DNA from: Gemmatimonas sp.
Lineage (GTDB): Bacteria > Gemmatimonadota > Gemmatimonadetes > Gemmatimonadales > Gemmatimonadaceae
Direction: 5' to 3'
Length of the DNA stretch: 64,000 nt
Assembly (NCBI GenBank): GCA_965279375.1
Contig: OZ257156.1
Location: forward strand, 4,128,001 to 4,192,000
The notes under the pieces are model-generated. The model worked only from the letters and a program-made list of their open reading frames with translations. It had not been told where the DNA came from and made no database searches. Shown one piece after another: positions 30,017-40,118 of this stretch. Numbering within the stretch: position 1 is the first letter of the stretch; every line of letters starts with the position of its first letter. The translations under genes and the position numbers were made by a program.

Positions 30017-32947
30017 TTACGTGAGTGACAGCCGCAGCGCACGCGCCGGTTCATGGCGATCGCCGCGCAGATACCCGAAGCCCCCGCCTCCGCTGAGTAC
30101 CAGCTGCCCGCGGCGACGCTCTCTCCCAGAGGGGCGTTCATTCACAACGAGGTCAAATCGCACGGTGCCGTCGCGTGCCCGAGGCAGCGTTTCGCGACGC
30201 CAGGCGAGTCGAATCGCCCAACCATCCGCCGTCGGACGCCATCGAACGGTCGGCTCGATCTCTTGCCCGGGGACGAGTGGAGTGACACGAGGCTGATCAG
30301 GGTGCGCCGGCACAATCAACCCAGCGGCCACCCAGTCGGCGTCGGCGTGCGCGCCGAGGTACCACTGCAGGCCGTCGCCGTTGATGTCCGCGTGCTCGTT
30401 GTCCAGCGGGTTCTCCCGCGGCTCCGCGTCGCATACCAGCGGGCCGGTGCGGATGACGACGTCCACGACGAGTTCCGCCGCGGTCGCGGCGATCTGCACG
30501 TCGGCCGTGGGTGCACCCGCGTCCTCCCACGTCTCTTCCGTTCGGACGTAGTGCGCCGCCTCGAGGGAAAAGTGCTGCGCCCCCGGTATCTCTTCACCCG
30601 GATGCGCGCCGATCGCCGAGTCGGGCAGCGTCGGCACAAGCACGGCGGCATCGCCCGAGGCGGCCTTGCCCTCCGTGACGGCGACAGGACGTAGCCGCGG
30701 CACGAGACCTTCGAGGTCGATGCTGCTGCGTGCGTGGGCGGCAGTGAGCGCGACATGCCATCCGTGCGGCGCGCGACTGTGTTCGGCGAGCGTGCCGTCG
30801 CTCGTTGTCACGCTGATGGTGGGCGTGTCGCCCAGCTCGAAGTGGACTGCGCTGACAGTCAGCGCGCCAGCGTGCGAATGCGCATTGGAGACGGGCGCAG
30901 ACGACGGTGCGGGCCAGCACCAGACGCCGGCGATGACGCCGCTCCGCCCATGCACGCGCAACCAATGGCGTTCGTCGCTACTGCGCTCTGGCGCGCCGGG
31001 CACGGCACCTCGCAGCAGCACGCCCGGCGCACTCGACGCGTACCAGACCGACGCCGCTCGTCCGGACGCCGCGCCCGCGCTCTGCTCCGACGGTGCGTCC
31101 TGTGCGGACACGGACTGCGCCTCCAGCATCACGCGCGGCACCAACGGGGCAACTTCGGTGCTGCGGACAAACTCGAAGCCATCTTCCACGCCGCCTGCGC
31201 CGTGCAACTCTGTAGGAAGCCAGTCCGGTGCCGGCACAACCGTCGCGCGCGCCGTAATCGGGAGCATGATCTCCGGGTCGGCGGAGATCGTTGGGTCGAC
31301 GGAGCTCCACTCGAGCAGGTCCACGAGATAGCCATCGGCGACGACGATGGTGCGATCGATGGACACGCCGGGCACGATGTCGCGCGCGCGCTTCCAGATC
31401 CACCCTGCGCCACCGCGATCTTCGAAGGCCAACAACTCGCCGGCCATCGCCTGCTGCGATCGGCCGTTTACGAGTGGTGCCGCATGTGCGAGCGTGCTGC
31501 GATACCAGTGCAACGAGCGGTCGGTGTAGCTGCCCGCGCCGGGATCCTGCAGCCAGCGCGCGTCGTCCGACTGCAGCGTCAGCGCGAGCCGATCGGGATG
31601 CCCGTGACCGCCGCCAGAATGCCCACCCTCCAGTGCAACGTACGTTCGCGCCGAATCGCGTCGAATGACGGCGAGTCCCTGCGCCGGCAGACAACCACTT
31701 CCCTGCACCCACGGCGCGGCGGGCGGCGGAGCTTCGTCTGCCGCGAGCAGCGCGCGCCACGAGAGGTCCGCGCGCGTCAGCCGTGCGGGCGGCGCATTGC
31801 GTTCGGCGTCTGCGGTGGAGCGCCAGCGTTGCGTCTCACGCGAGGGGGCCGTGCCATCGTAGAGGCGTGTGAGAATACCGGCGAGTCGCGGATCGGCCGC
31901 GCCGACACGCTTGCTCTCGGCGTACCCAAGCTCGCACCATTCCGCGATGCGCCACTGTCGCATGGAGACGGCGTATTGCGAATCGCGTCGCGACGGGAAG
32001 GTGTCATCGGGGAGCAGTCCGACGAAGGGTGTGAAAAACCCTTCGCGAAAGCGCGCCGCGAGCGATGCCTGGAGCGGAGCATCCAGCGCACGAAGCAGCT
32101 GCACGCCGTACCAGAGGCCTCGGTGCGCGAAGAGGTGGTAGTTCTCCCCTTCGTACCAGCTTCCGTCGGCAAGCAGGCCGTGCTTCATCAACCAAGGCAG
32201 CCCGCCGCGCATCGCCAGCCGTTCGTCAATCGCGGCTCTATCGTCGAGCAATCGTAGTGCCGACAGGATGGCCACCTCGTTCCACACCTGCCGGTTGCTC
32301 GTGCCCTCGTGGTAACTCGCGATCAGCCGCGCACTCGGCTCGATCAAGCGATCGCGGACCATCCCGCCGAGTGTGTCGACGCCTGGAGCCGAGGCCGCTT
32401 CGAGCAGCGCGAGTGCGTGGCACGCGTTCAGGAGCCAGATCGATTCGAGATAGGTGCTGAAGAACGGGCGCGTGGGCCCAAGCACGTTGTCGCGATTGGG
32501 CCAACTCTCGTAGCGCGTGGCGATCGTGCGCAACACCTCGCTGGCGAGATGCGAGTGCCGAGGATCGCCTCGCAAGGCGAACAACGTCGCGGCATGTACG
32601 GCGCGCTCCACCGTCCAGAGCTGCGCGCCCATGGCCCACCACTCGTCGTGGTCGCGCCCTCGATAGTCGTGCGCGCATCGCTCGCAACGATGGTCGTGCG
32701 GCAACCACGGATCGAAGACGAGCAAACCACCGTGCACGGGACAGCGGCCACCGGTGCGAGTCAGTCGCGCCTTGAACGATGGGATCGGCAGTTCGCGCGC
32801 GAGCAACGGCTCGAGGTCGCGCGCCAAGCTATCGGCGAGTGGCGCCAACGACGAAGGCGAAGGTTCGCCCGTGCCATCTACTAAGCGCGCGCGCTGGTCG
32901 AGATCGACGGGGAGCAATACCGAAGCGCGGCGGCTCGGCGTGTTCAT
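30017..32947 (-). CDS. Heparinase II/III-family (polysaccharide lyase-like) protein with a C-terminal sugar-binding-like domain
   Basis: YLESIW, SNRQVWN, DGSWYEGENYHLF, GGHGHPDRL, DPGAGSY, WYRSTLAH; ATG 32947 overlaps the SBP stop. No signal peptide seen. Confidence 0.8.
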   Translation of the reverse strand: MNTPSRRASVLLPVDLDQRARLVDGTGEPSPSSLAPLADSLARDLEPLLARELPIPSFKARLTRTGGRCPVHGGLLVFDPWLPHDHRCERCAHDYRGRDHDEWWAMGAQLWTVERAVHAATLFALRGDPRHSHLASEVLRTIATRYESWPNRDNVLGPTRPFFSTYLESIWLLNACHALALLEAASAPGVDTLGGMVRDRLIEPSARLIASYHEGTSNRQVWNEVAILSALRLLDDRAAIDERLAMRGGLPWLMKHGLLADGSWYEGENYHLFAHRGLWYGVQLLRALDAPLQASLAARFREGFFTPFVGLLPDDTFPSRRDSQYAVSMRQWRIAEWCELGYAESKRVGAADPRLAGILTRLYDGTAPSRETQRWRSTADAERNAPPARLTRADLSWRALLAADEAPPPAAPWVQGSGCLPAQGLAVIRRDSARTYVALEGGHSGGGHGHPDRLALTLQSDDARWLQDPGAGSYTDRSLHWYRSTLAHAAPLVNGRSQQAMAGELLAFEDRGGAGWIWKRARDIVPGVSIDRTIVVADGYLVDLLEWSSVDPTISADPEIMLPITARATVVPAPDWLPTELHGAGGVEDGFEFVRSTEVAPLVPRVMLEAQSVSAQDAPSEQSAGAASGRAASVWYASSAPGVLLRGAVPGAPERSSDERHWLRVHGRSGVIAGVWCWPAPSSAPVSNAHSHAGALTVSAVHFELGDTPTISVTTSDGTLAEHSRAPHGWHVALTAAHARSSIDLEGLVPRLRPVAVTEGKAASGDAAVLVPTLPDSAIGAHPGEEIPGAQHFSLEAAHYVRTEETWEDAGAPTADVQIAATAAELVVDVVIRTGPLVCDAEPRENPLDNEHADINGDGLQWYLGAHADADWVAAGLIVPAHPDQPRVTPLVPGQEIEPTVRWRPTADGWAIRLAWRRETLPRARDGTVRFDLVVNERPSGRERRRGQLVLSGGGGFGYLRGDRHEPARALRLSLT

Positions 32948-34566
32948 GGCGACGTTTCGCGGCGCGTCCACTGCGACACCGTCACCAGTTCGCCGCGCAA
33001 GTCCATGCGCACGTGCTCGAGCCGTCGCGATAGCCCTTGCACGCCACGTGCGTGATAGAGCCAGACCACCGGCGTCGCATCGGTGAGCAACGAATCGACC
33101 GTGCCCCACGCCGCCGCAGCGGCGGAAGCGGGCGCGCGGCGTGCCATGCCGAGCGCCAGATCCAGGGGCGCGGTGTGGAAGCTGGTATAGTCGAGCGCAC
33201 CGCCGCGCTGAGCTCCATCGAACATCGCGGAAAGGTGACCGAGCGCGATGTCGCCCGGAATCCCCGTCAGCGCGACGTCGAATGCCTTGGTTGGTGCGCG
33301 CAGTGTGGTCAGAAAGGTCGCCAGTTCGGCGACGCGGATATCGAGGGCGATCCCGCGAGCGCGAAGATCCGACTGTACCAGCTGCTCGACCGCCTGATCG
33401 CCTGAGCCTACGGTGAGCAGCGTGATGCGCAGCGGCCGCCCGTTGCGCGTGCGCGCACCGTTGGCATCGCGCGTCCAGCCAGCGGCGTCGAGCAACCGAT
33501 TGGCTTGCACAGTGTCCGGGCGTTCGGCGGGCGCGCTGTGCAACGACAGCCCCGGTGGTACGGCGCCCCCTGCGGGCGTGGCGAAGCCAGAGACGGCGGC
33601 CTGCACGAGCTGCGCCCGATCGATGGACAGCGAGACGGCGCGGCGTACACGCACGTCGTCGAACGGTGGGCGCGTGGTGTTGAACGCCAGCACCGTCGAG
33701 AAGAGCGAGGGGGGCGTGACGAGCGTGAGCGTGGGGTCATCGCGAACGAGCTTGGCCATCGTTGGCGAAACGCCGGCGACATCGAGTTCACCACTCACGA
33801 GTCCCGCAAATTTGGTTGCGGCCTCGTCGACGACGGCCACCACGAGTTGCTGCAACTTCGGCGGACCGCCCATGCTCGCGGGAAAGTCGCCGTTGCGCGT
33901 GAACCGCCAGCGTCGGCCCGCGGTGCGATCGAGAAAGCGAAACGGACCGTTGCCGACAGGCGCCGTTGCAAACGCGCTCGATCGCCATTGCGCACGCGGC
34001 ACGCTGTCGAGCAGATGCGCCGGAACGATTGGCAGCTCCGCAAAGATCGTCGGGAGCGTCGGCATCACTTGACGAAACGACACGCGCACGACGCTGTCGT
34101 TGAGCACTTCCACCTGCTGCACGCTCTGCAGATCACCGGCGCGAGGCGATCCCACCGCGGGATCCCGTGCGGCGTCGAGCGTGAACGCGACATCGCGGGC
34201 CGTGGTGCGTATGCCGTCGTGCCAACGCAAGTCGGGGGTGAGGGCAAAGGTGACGCTGGTGTGCGCAGCGTCCCAGGTGAACGTCTGCGCGTAGTAGGGG
34301 ATCGGGTGCAACGCGGAATCGAGTCGCACCAGCGTGACGAAGAGCGCGTGTCGTTGCAGCTGCCGCGTGAGGGGATGCACCGTCACCAGCGGGTTCCCCG
34401 ACTCGAGGTCGGTGCCTGACGCCATGACCACGGTGCCCGGCGCGCGCGCAGGCTTGCCGCAGGCCGCCGTCATCGCTGCGGTGGCGACAATGGCAACGTT
34501 CAGGGCGGCGAGACCCGCGCGTCGAGGGCGTCGGCGGGTTGACGTGACCGGTCCGTGCGCCATCAT
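32944..34566 (-). CDS. ABC transporter substrate-binding lipoprotein, family 5 (OppA/DppA-like)
   Basis: Lipobox TAAC, LRWHDG..TARDVAFT, PVGNGPF, PPFDDVRVRRAV. Confidence 0.9.
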   Translation of the reverse strand: MMAHGPVTSTRRRPRRAGLAALNVAIVATAAMTAACGKPARAPGTVVMASGTDLESGNPLVTVHPLTRQLQRHALFVTLVRLDSALHPIPYYAQTFTWDAAHTSVTFALTPDLRWHDGIRTTARDVAFTLDAARDPAVGSPRAGDLQSVQQVEVLNDSVVRVSFRQVMPTLPTIFAELPIVPAHLLDSVPRAQWRSSAFATAPVGNGPFRFLDRTAGRRWRFTRNGDFPASMGGPPKLQQLVVAVVDEAATKFAGLVSGELDVAGVSPTMAKLVRDDPTLTLVTPPSLFSTVLAFNTTRPPFDDVRVRRAVSLSIDRAQLVQAAVSGFATPAGGAVPPGLSLHSAPAERPDTVQANRLLDAAGWTRDANGARTRNGRPLRITLLTVGSGDQAVEQLVQSDLRARGIALDIRVAELATFLTTLRAPTKAFDVALTGIPGDIALGHLSAMFDGAQRGGALDYTSFHTAPLDLALGMARRAPASAAAAAWGTVDSLLTDATPVVWLYHARGVQGLSRRLEHVRMDLRGELVTVSQWTRRETSP

Positions 34567-34572
34567 CCCCGC
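34539..34572 (+). promoter_or_regulatory. Putative leaderless promoter of the permease genes
   Basis: TTGACG (34539-34544), 16 nt, CATCAT (34561-34566), 6 nt, in-frame GTG at 34573. Confidence 0.5.
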
Positions 34573-35568
34573 GTGTGCCGACTTCCGCTGCGCGTGTTCG
34601 ACGCGCTTGTTCTGCTTTGGAGCGTCACGACTCTCACCTTTGCGCTGATTCATCTGGCGCCGGGTGATCCGGCGTCGCTGCTCATCTCTCCAACGGCAAC
34701 TGCCGATGAGGTGGCGAGACAGCGTGCCCTGCTCGGACTCGACGCCCCGCTGCTGGTGCAATATGGCCGCTGGCTCTCGGCGTTGCTGCAGGGCAATCTG
34801 GGTGACAGCCTGGCCCTCGCCCGCCCCGTCGTACAGGTGATCGCCGAAGCGTTGCCCGTCTCCTTGCTGCTGGGGCTCACGTCGTTGGCCCTGAGCTTCG
34901 TGATTGGCACACTGCTAGGCGCCGTGCAGGCGCTGCGCGTCGGCTCGCGCCTGGACACGGCCATCACAATAGTCACCACGACAGCGTACGCAGCGCCCAG
35001 CTTCTGGCTCGCGCTGGCGTTGGTCGCGTTGGCCACCACGGGCGCATCGCAGCTCCGCGCACCAGCGTGGATGCGGCTTCCCGCGTTCGGGCTGGAGGAT
35101 CCGGCGGGGCTGGCCACCGGGCTCGACGCGTGGCGCGATCTGGTACGGCACGCGGTCATGCCGCTGCTCGTGCTCTCGTTACCCGGCGCGGCAGGCGTCG
35201 CGCGCTACGCACGTCAGGCTCTCCGATCGGCCGCCGTGGCGCCACACGTGCAGGCGGCACGTGCACGCGGCGTACCGGCCCTGCGCATCGAGGTGCGGTA
35301 CATCCTGCGCAATGCGTGGTCGCCGCTGCTGGTGTTGCTTGGACTGATGCTGCCGGGCGTCATCGCGGGCTCGGTGTTCGTGGAGCAGATCTTCGCCTGG
35401 CCTGGGCTTGGACGGGCGATGATGTCGGCGATCGCCGCGCGGGATTATCCCGTGGTTCTCGGCCTCACGCTGGTGTATGCCGCGGTCGTGATTGCGTCCA
35501 ACCTCGTGGCCGATCTCGCGGTGGAGCAGCTCGATCCGCGCCGCCGTTTCAGCGCCGACACGCCATGA
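34573..35568 (+). CDS. ABC transporter permease, OppB/DppB-like
   Basis: LIHLAPGDP, LGLDAPLLVQYGRW, AARARG (EAA-like loop), VEQIFAWPGLG, RDYPVV, LDPR. Confidence 0.92.
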   Translation: MCRLPLRVFDALVLLWSVTTLTFALIHLAPGDPASLLISPTATADEVARQRALLGLDAPLLVQYGRWLSALLQGNLGDSLALARPVVQVIAEALPVSLLLGLTSLALSFVIGTLLGAVQALRVGSRLDTAITIVTTTAYAAPSFWLALALVALATTGASQLRAPAWMRLPAFGLEDPAGLATGLDAWRDLVRHAVMPLLVLSLPGAAGVARYARQALRSAAVAPHVQAARARGVPALRIEVRYILRNAWSPLLVLLGLMLPGVIAGSVFVEQIFAWPGLGRAMMSAIAARDYPVVLGLTLVYAAVVIASNLVADLAVEQLDPRRRFSADTP

Positions 35569-36470
35569 GTCGCGAAACACGCGCCGTACGGACTCACGGC
35601 ACGCACAACGTCGCACTCGACGGGTCTCGTACGCAGACGGTGGCGTTGCTGCTGCTGTCGCTTCTCGCCGCGGGCGCCGTGGTCGCTCCGCTACTTTCGT
35701 CGAGTGATCCGACACGCATTTCGGACGTGCTGGCTACGCGACTGACGCCCCCGCTTCACAGCGATCGACTCGGTGCCTTTCACCTGCTCGGTACCGACGC
35801 GTTCGGGCGCGATGTCCTGGCGCGACTGTGGGTAGCCGCGCGGATTTCGTTGGGCGTTGGCGTTGCGGGGTCGGTCGCTGCGGGAGGACTTGGCGTGCTG
35901 CTCGGAGCCATCGCCGCGTGGCGCGGTGGTGTGGTGGAGCGCGCAATTCTGGGGCTGGGCGATGCGCTGCTCGCGGTGCCACGCCTCGTGTTGCTGCTGG
36001 TCATTGCCGCACTCTGGGGACCGGGACTCGGCGTCGTGATCGCGGTGCTTGGCCTCACGGGCTGGATGTCCATCATGCGCCTGGTGCGCAGTGAAGTGCT
36101 GGGCGTTCGTGTGCTGCCGTATGTGGAGGCGGCGACGGCACTCGGCGTGTCCTCTCCGCGAGTGCTCTGGCGACATGTGCTCCCCAACGCACTCGGCAGC
36201 GCCGGCGTCGCCATCACGCTCGGTGTCGGCAACGCGATCGTGCTCGAGAGCGGGCTCTCGTTTCTCGGCCTCGGGATTCAGCCGCCGTCGGCGAGCTGGG
36301 GCAACATGATCGCCGGCGGCCGAGATTGGTTGTTGATCGCGCCATGGATCGCGCTGGCTCCGGGCGTGCTGCTCATTGCGACGGTGGTGGCCTGCACGCT
36401 GCTGGGCGACGCACTCTCCGGCGCTCCAGCGCGAAGCGTTATGTCACAGCGCGCTCGACGCGTAGTGTAA
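35565..36470 (+). CDS. ABC transporter permease, OppC/DppC-like
   Basis: HLLGTDAFGRDV, YVEAATALG, RHVLPN, ESGLSFLGLG, SWGNMI; ATGA overlap with the upstream permease. Confidence 0.92.
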   Translation: MSRETRAVRTHGTHNVALDGSRTQTVALLLLSLLAAGAVVAPLLSSSDPTRISDVLATRLTPPLHSDRLGAFHLLGTDAFGRDVLARLWVAARISLGVGVAGSVAAGGLGVLLGAIAAWRGGVVERAILGLGDALLAVPRLVLLLVIAALWGPGLGVVIAVLGLTGWMSIMRLVRSEVLGVRVLPYVEAATALGVSSPRVLWRHVLPNALGSAGVAITLGVGNAIVLESGLSFLGLGIQPPSASWGNMIAGGRDWLLIAPWIALAPGVLLIATVVACTLLGDALSGAPARSVMSQRARRVV

Positions 36471-39309
36471 CCAGCGCACGCGGGCCAGCGTGCACTGGGA
36501 CGGTGGCCGCGTGCATCGTCGGCGCTCCGATAGGCGTTTCATCAAGTCGGCACGGCGTCACCAGCCATGGTCCCTCGCTCGGCAGCTGCCACGCGCCGTG
36601 GACTTCGACGACGGTGACGTTGCTTGCACGCAGCAGCAGCGCGCGCCCATCGGCCGAGAGACAGACTGCGGACGCGACCAGTCCCGCTCCACGCAGCGCT
36701 GGGCCCGCGCGCATCCCGGTCGATCCAACATTCGGATCGCCATTCGCACCATCGTAGTCGCGCCACGTCTCACCGACCAACGGGAGCAACAGCGCGTCGC
36801 AGCTCTCCTCGACGCGCTGCAACACGCCATCGTTCCACGCGCCGTCGAGGCGCAGACCAAACCGCGCGGCGAACGGTCCAAGCGACTGCGAAGCCGGAGT
36901 CGCGCGCGGCCAACCCGCGTGACCGGGGCGCTCTGGCAGATCTGCGCGCGAGAGTTCGCCGATGGCGCGCAATAGCGTCACGTACACGTGCTCGCCGTTC
37001 ACCTCGGCCTCGGCGAGACCGTCCGAGAAAAGCGTCGTGGACACGTTGCCGTTGCTCACAGCAAGCCAGCGATGGAGCGGCATGCCAGGCGCAACCGCTT
37101 CCACGCGCTGCGCATCGGAAGTGGCAACGATCGGTTCGCGCAGCACCGGACCGAATGCAGCGTCCGCGTGGACCATGTTTTGTGTGTCGACGTTACGCGT
37201 CGTGCCGTCCATCGCACCGTGCAGGCCCGTGTTCAGTCGCATGCGCAAACGGTGATCGCGGCGACGACTATCGCCACGCACGTCGATGCGCACATGGTCG
37301 GCGCCGGCGTCGAGAATCAGCTCGACATCGACGCGTACCGCACCGTGTCGCACACGGCGCACCGGCGCGTCGGAGGTCATCGAGTCCACGTCGGAAACCA
37401 CCCGCGGTGCATCGGCTGCACGATGGTCGCGCGGCAGCGTCCACCGAAGTCGCACACTCGCACGCAGCGGACCGCGCGCCCCCGGCTCGAGTCGCTGCAT
37501 CGTCAGTTCGAGCGGCGCTCCGCGTGGCGACGGCGTGTAGCTGTCGCCCGCATCGGTGGTGGATTCGAAGCTGAGCACACGCTCGATGACGCGACCGCCC
37601 GCATGCAGCGTGATGCCGCCGCGCGTGCATTCAACGCGCAGCGTCTCGTTGGCGATGGTGATGCCCTGCTCGTCTTCAATCAGCGTGACGGGCGACGGCG
37701 GAGCGGATGCCGCGGCGCCGTCGCCGAGCGCGCGTACGCCCAACGCGGGGATTTCGGGGACCCAGGCGACGACATGATGCACGCGCACCAGGTCGTCGTC
37801 GGGATAGTGCTGCGGCGACTCGCGGCGATCGTGCGCGAGCGAGACGCGTCCGGCCTGGACGACGAGAATGCCGATGGCCGGCGTGGCACTGTGTCGCGTG
37901 GCGAGGGGAGGTTGATGCAGTGCACTGCCCGGCCCCACACGCACGTCGCCGATCGTCTCTACCACGCGAATCTCGGCAATGCCGCCGCGCGCGCGCGACG
38001 CACGATTGCGTACCAACACCGGGGGACGCGGCGACGGCGAAGCGCCACGAGCGGCGACGGGATCGTGCGCCAAGGCAAATGACAGCGCGGCATGACGTAA
38101 CTCCGGGAGCTGCGCGCGCACCGAGCGTTGGCGCGTGTCCATCGCGGCGGCGACATCATCCGTCGAGCACCCGCAGAGCGTGTCGTGGGGGTGCGTACGC
38201 AGCAACGATTCCCACGCCTGTTCAAGCAGTACAGGCAGCTGCGCGAGCGTGAGGCGCGCATCGCTCGCGACGTGTGCCGCCTCGGCACCGCCGTGAAGCC
38301 ACGCCAGCGCCAACCACGGTTCGACATCGCGAAGCAGCGAACGCTCGAGTCGCGCGTTGGTTCGCTTCTGGGCCGCACGCGTGCCCAATGTGCCCTGCAA
38401 GGTCCACGTGTAGCCGTACGAATCGCGGAGTTCGCCCGTCACGTGCGCATCAGTGTCGGCGGCGGCGTCGCTGAGCCGGTCGGCGAACAGAGACAGACTC
38501 GATGCGTGCACGCGGGCGCCGTCTGCCTGCGCGCATGCGGCCAGCGAAGCGATTGCTCGCTCGATGTCGGGCTGCAGCGCGTGATGATCGGCGCCGTTGG
38601 GGAGCAGTGCGACGCGCGTGCCCTGCGTGCGCTCGCTGCGCGCGCGCCAGCAATCTCTCAGCCGCTGCCATCGCACGGCGGCCGCCGTCGGATCGACCGG
38701 CAACGCGCTCCCCACCTCGTAGCCATCCGGCGACAGGTGATAGGTGAGCACTCCGCTGCCGTCGGGCGCCGTCCACCGAAGCGTGTCCGAGCGAGGATGC
38801 TTCAGTCCGCCAAGGCCCCGCCAGACGACGGCCACCGGCATGTCGAAGCCAGCGGCGATGGCGGGAAGCATTGCGGGGTGACCGAACGTATCTGGGCAGT
38901 AGGCCACCGCCGGCGCGGTCGCGCCGAGTCGCGCGAGATGGCGCGCGCCGGCCTGCAGGTTGCGGAGGATCGCCTCTCCGCTCGGGATGAGGTTGTCGGC
39001 GAGCACGTACCACGGGCCGGCTTCGAGCGCGCCGGAGCGCAGCTGTTCACGAAGACGGTCGGCCTGCTCCGGGCGAACGGCGAGGTAATCGGCCAGCACG
39101 ATCGCCTGCCCGTCCAGCAGAAACGGCGCGGCGGTCGCAGGATCGCGCGCGAGCAGTGCGTCGACCAGGGGCACGAGCCGCTGTCGGAAGCGCGCCGCGG
39201 TGTGATACCACTCCCGATCCCAATGCGTGTGCGAAACGACGTGCACTTCCAATGACACCGGCGTGGCAGTCGGCGGCGGGGTCTCGGCGGCGGTCGAATG
39301 GGAGGGCAC
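36439..39309 (-). CDS. Glycoside hydrolase family 38 (alpha-mannosidase, MngB-like)
   Basis: HTHWDREWY, LDGQ, GPWYVLAD, PDTFGH (nucleophile Asp), PNGADH, HDTLCGCS. No signal peptide seen. Confidence 0.9.
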   Translation of the reverse strand: MPSHSTAAETPPPTATPVSLEVHVVSHTHWDREWYHTAARFRQRLVPLVDALLARDPATAAPFLLDGQAIVLADYLAVRPEQADRLREQLRSGALEAGPWYVLADNLIPSGEAILRNLQAGARHLARLGATAPAVAYCPDTFGHPAMLPAIAAGFDMPVAVVWRGLGGLKHPRSDTLRWTAPDGSGVLTYHLSPDGYEVGSALPVDPTAAAVRWQRLRDCWRARSERTQGTRVALLPNGADHHALQPDIERAIASLAACAQADGARVHASSLSLFADRLSDAAADTDAHVTGELRDSYGYTWTLQGTLGTRAAQKRTNARLERSLLRDVEPWLALAWLHGGAEAAHVASDARLTLAQLPVLLEQAWESLLRTHPHDTLCGCSTDDVAAAMDTRQRSVRAQLPELRHAALSFALAHDPVAARGASPSPRPPVLVRNRASRARGGIAEIRVVETIGDVRVGPGSALHQPPLATRHSATPAIGILVVQAGRVSLAHDRRESPQHYPDDDLVRVHHVVAWVPEIPALGVRALGDGAAASAPPSPVTLIEDEQGITIANETLRVECTRGGITLHAGGRVIERVLSFESTTDAGDSYTPSPRGAPLELTMQRLEPGARGPLRASVRLRWTLPRDHRAADAPRVVSDVDSMTSDAPVRRVRHGAVRVDVELILDAGADHVRIDVRGDSRRRDHRLRMRLNTGLHGAMDGTTRNVDTQNMVHADAAFGPVLREPIVATSDAQRVEAVAPGMPLHRWLAVSNGNVSTTLFSDGLAEAEVNGEHVYVTLLRAIGELSRADLPERPGHAGWPRATPASQSLGPFAARFGLRLDGAWNDGVLQRVEESCDALLLPLVGETWRDYDGANGDPNVGSTGMRAGPALRGAGLVASAVCLSADGRALLLRASNVTVVEVHGAWQLPSEGPWLVTPCRLDETPIGAPTMHAATVPVHAGPRALVTLRVERAVT

Positions 39310-39406
39310 GCGGGGAAGCTATCGCCCGATGTCTCAGTCCGGCCACGCGGTTGACCCAGCGAGGCGCGCCGTCGAGCTTTCCGACTTCACTTCCGACCCA
39401 GCCGCC

Positions 39407-40054
39407 TTGGAACTGCTCTCAGAACTCTTCGCCAAGCTTCGCGACCTCCCTGCCCTGGTTCAGTGGGCCGGCTACGTCGGGCTGACGGCCATCATTTTCG
39501 TCGAGACCGGCCTGCTGCTGGGCTTCTTTCTTCCCGGCGACTCGCTGCTCGTCACGGCCGGCCTACTCGCCTCGCAGCCGGATTTCGGCCTCAACGTGTG
39601 GCTGCTGGGGCTCATTCTTTCGGTCGCGGCAATCGTTGGCGATACCGTCGGCTACAGCATCGGCAAGTCGACGGGGCCGCGGATTTTCACGCGCGAAGAC
39701 AGCCTGCTCTTCAACAAGAAACACCTGCTGCGCGCGCAAGCGTTCTACGAGAAGCACGGCGGCAAGACGATCATTCTGGCGCGATTCATGCCGATCGTTC
39801 GCACGTTCGCGCCGGTCGTCGCTGGTGTGGGACAGATGCGCTACAAGTCGTTTCTCGCGTACAACGTGATTGGCGGGCTGGCGTGGGTCTGGTCGATGCT
39901 CATGATCGGCTACGTACTGGGACGCACCGTCCCCGGCGTCGCCAAGCACATCGAGAAGGTGATCCTCGTGGTGATCTTCCTTTCCATTCTGCCCGGCATC
40001 ATCGGCTGGTGGCGCGAGCGTTCGGCGAGCGTCGCCAACAAGCCGTCGCACTGA
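39407..40054 (+). CDS. dedA: DedA/VTT family membrane protein
   Basis: [42 protein letters not shown]. Start approximate (TTG 39407). Confidence 0.92.
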   Translation: MELLSELFAKLRDLPALVQWAGYVGLTAIIFVETGLLLGFFLPGDSLLVTAGLLASQPDFGLNVWLLGLILSVAAIVGDTVGYSIGKSTGPRIFTREDSLLFNKKHLLRAQAFYEKHGGKTIILARFMPIVRTFAPVVAGVGQMRYKSFLAYNVIGGLAWVWSMLMIGYVLGRTVPGVAKHIEKVILVVIFLSILPGIIGWWRERSASVANKPSH

Positions 40055-40118
40055 TTCCAGCGGTTCGTTTTCAGCGTTTTCCTGTCGTTCACCCTGTTCA
40101 CAGTCGGAGATTGCAGTC

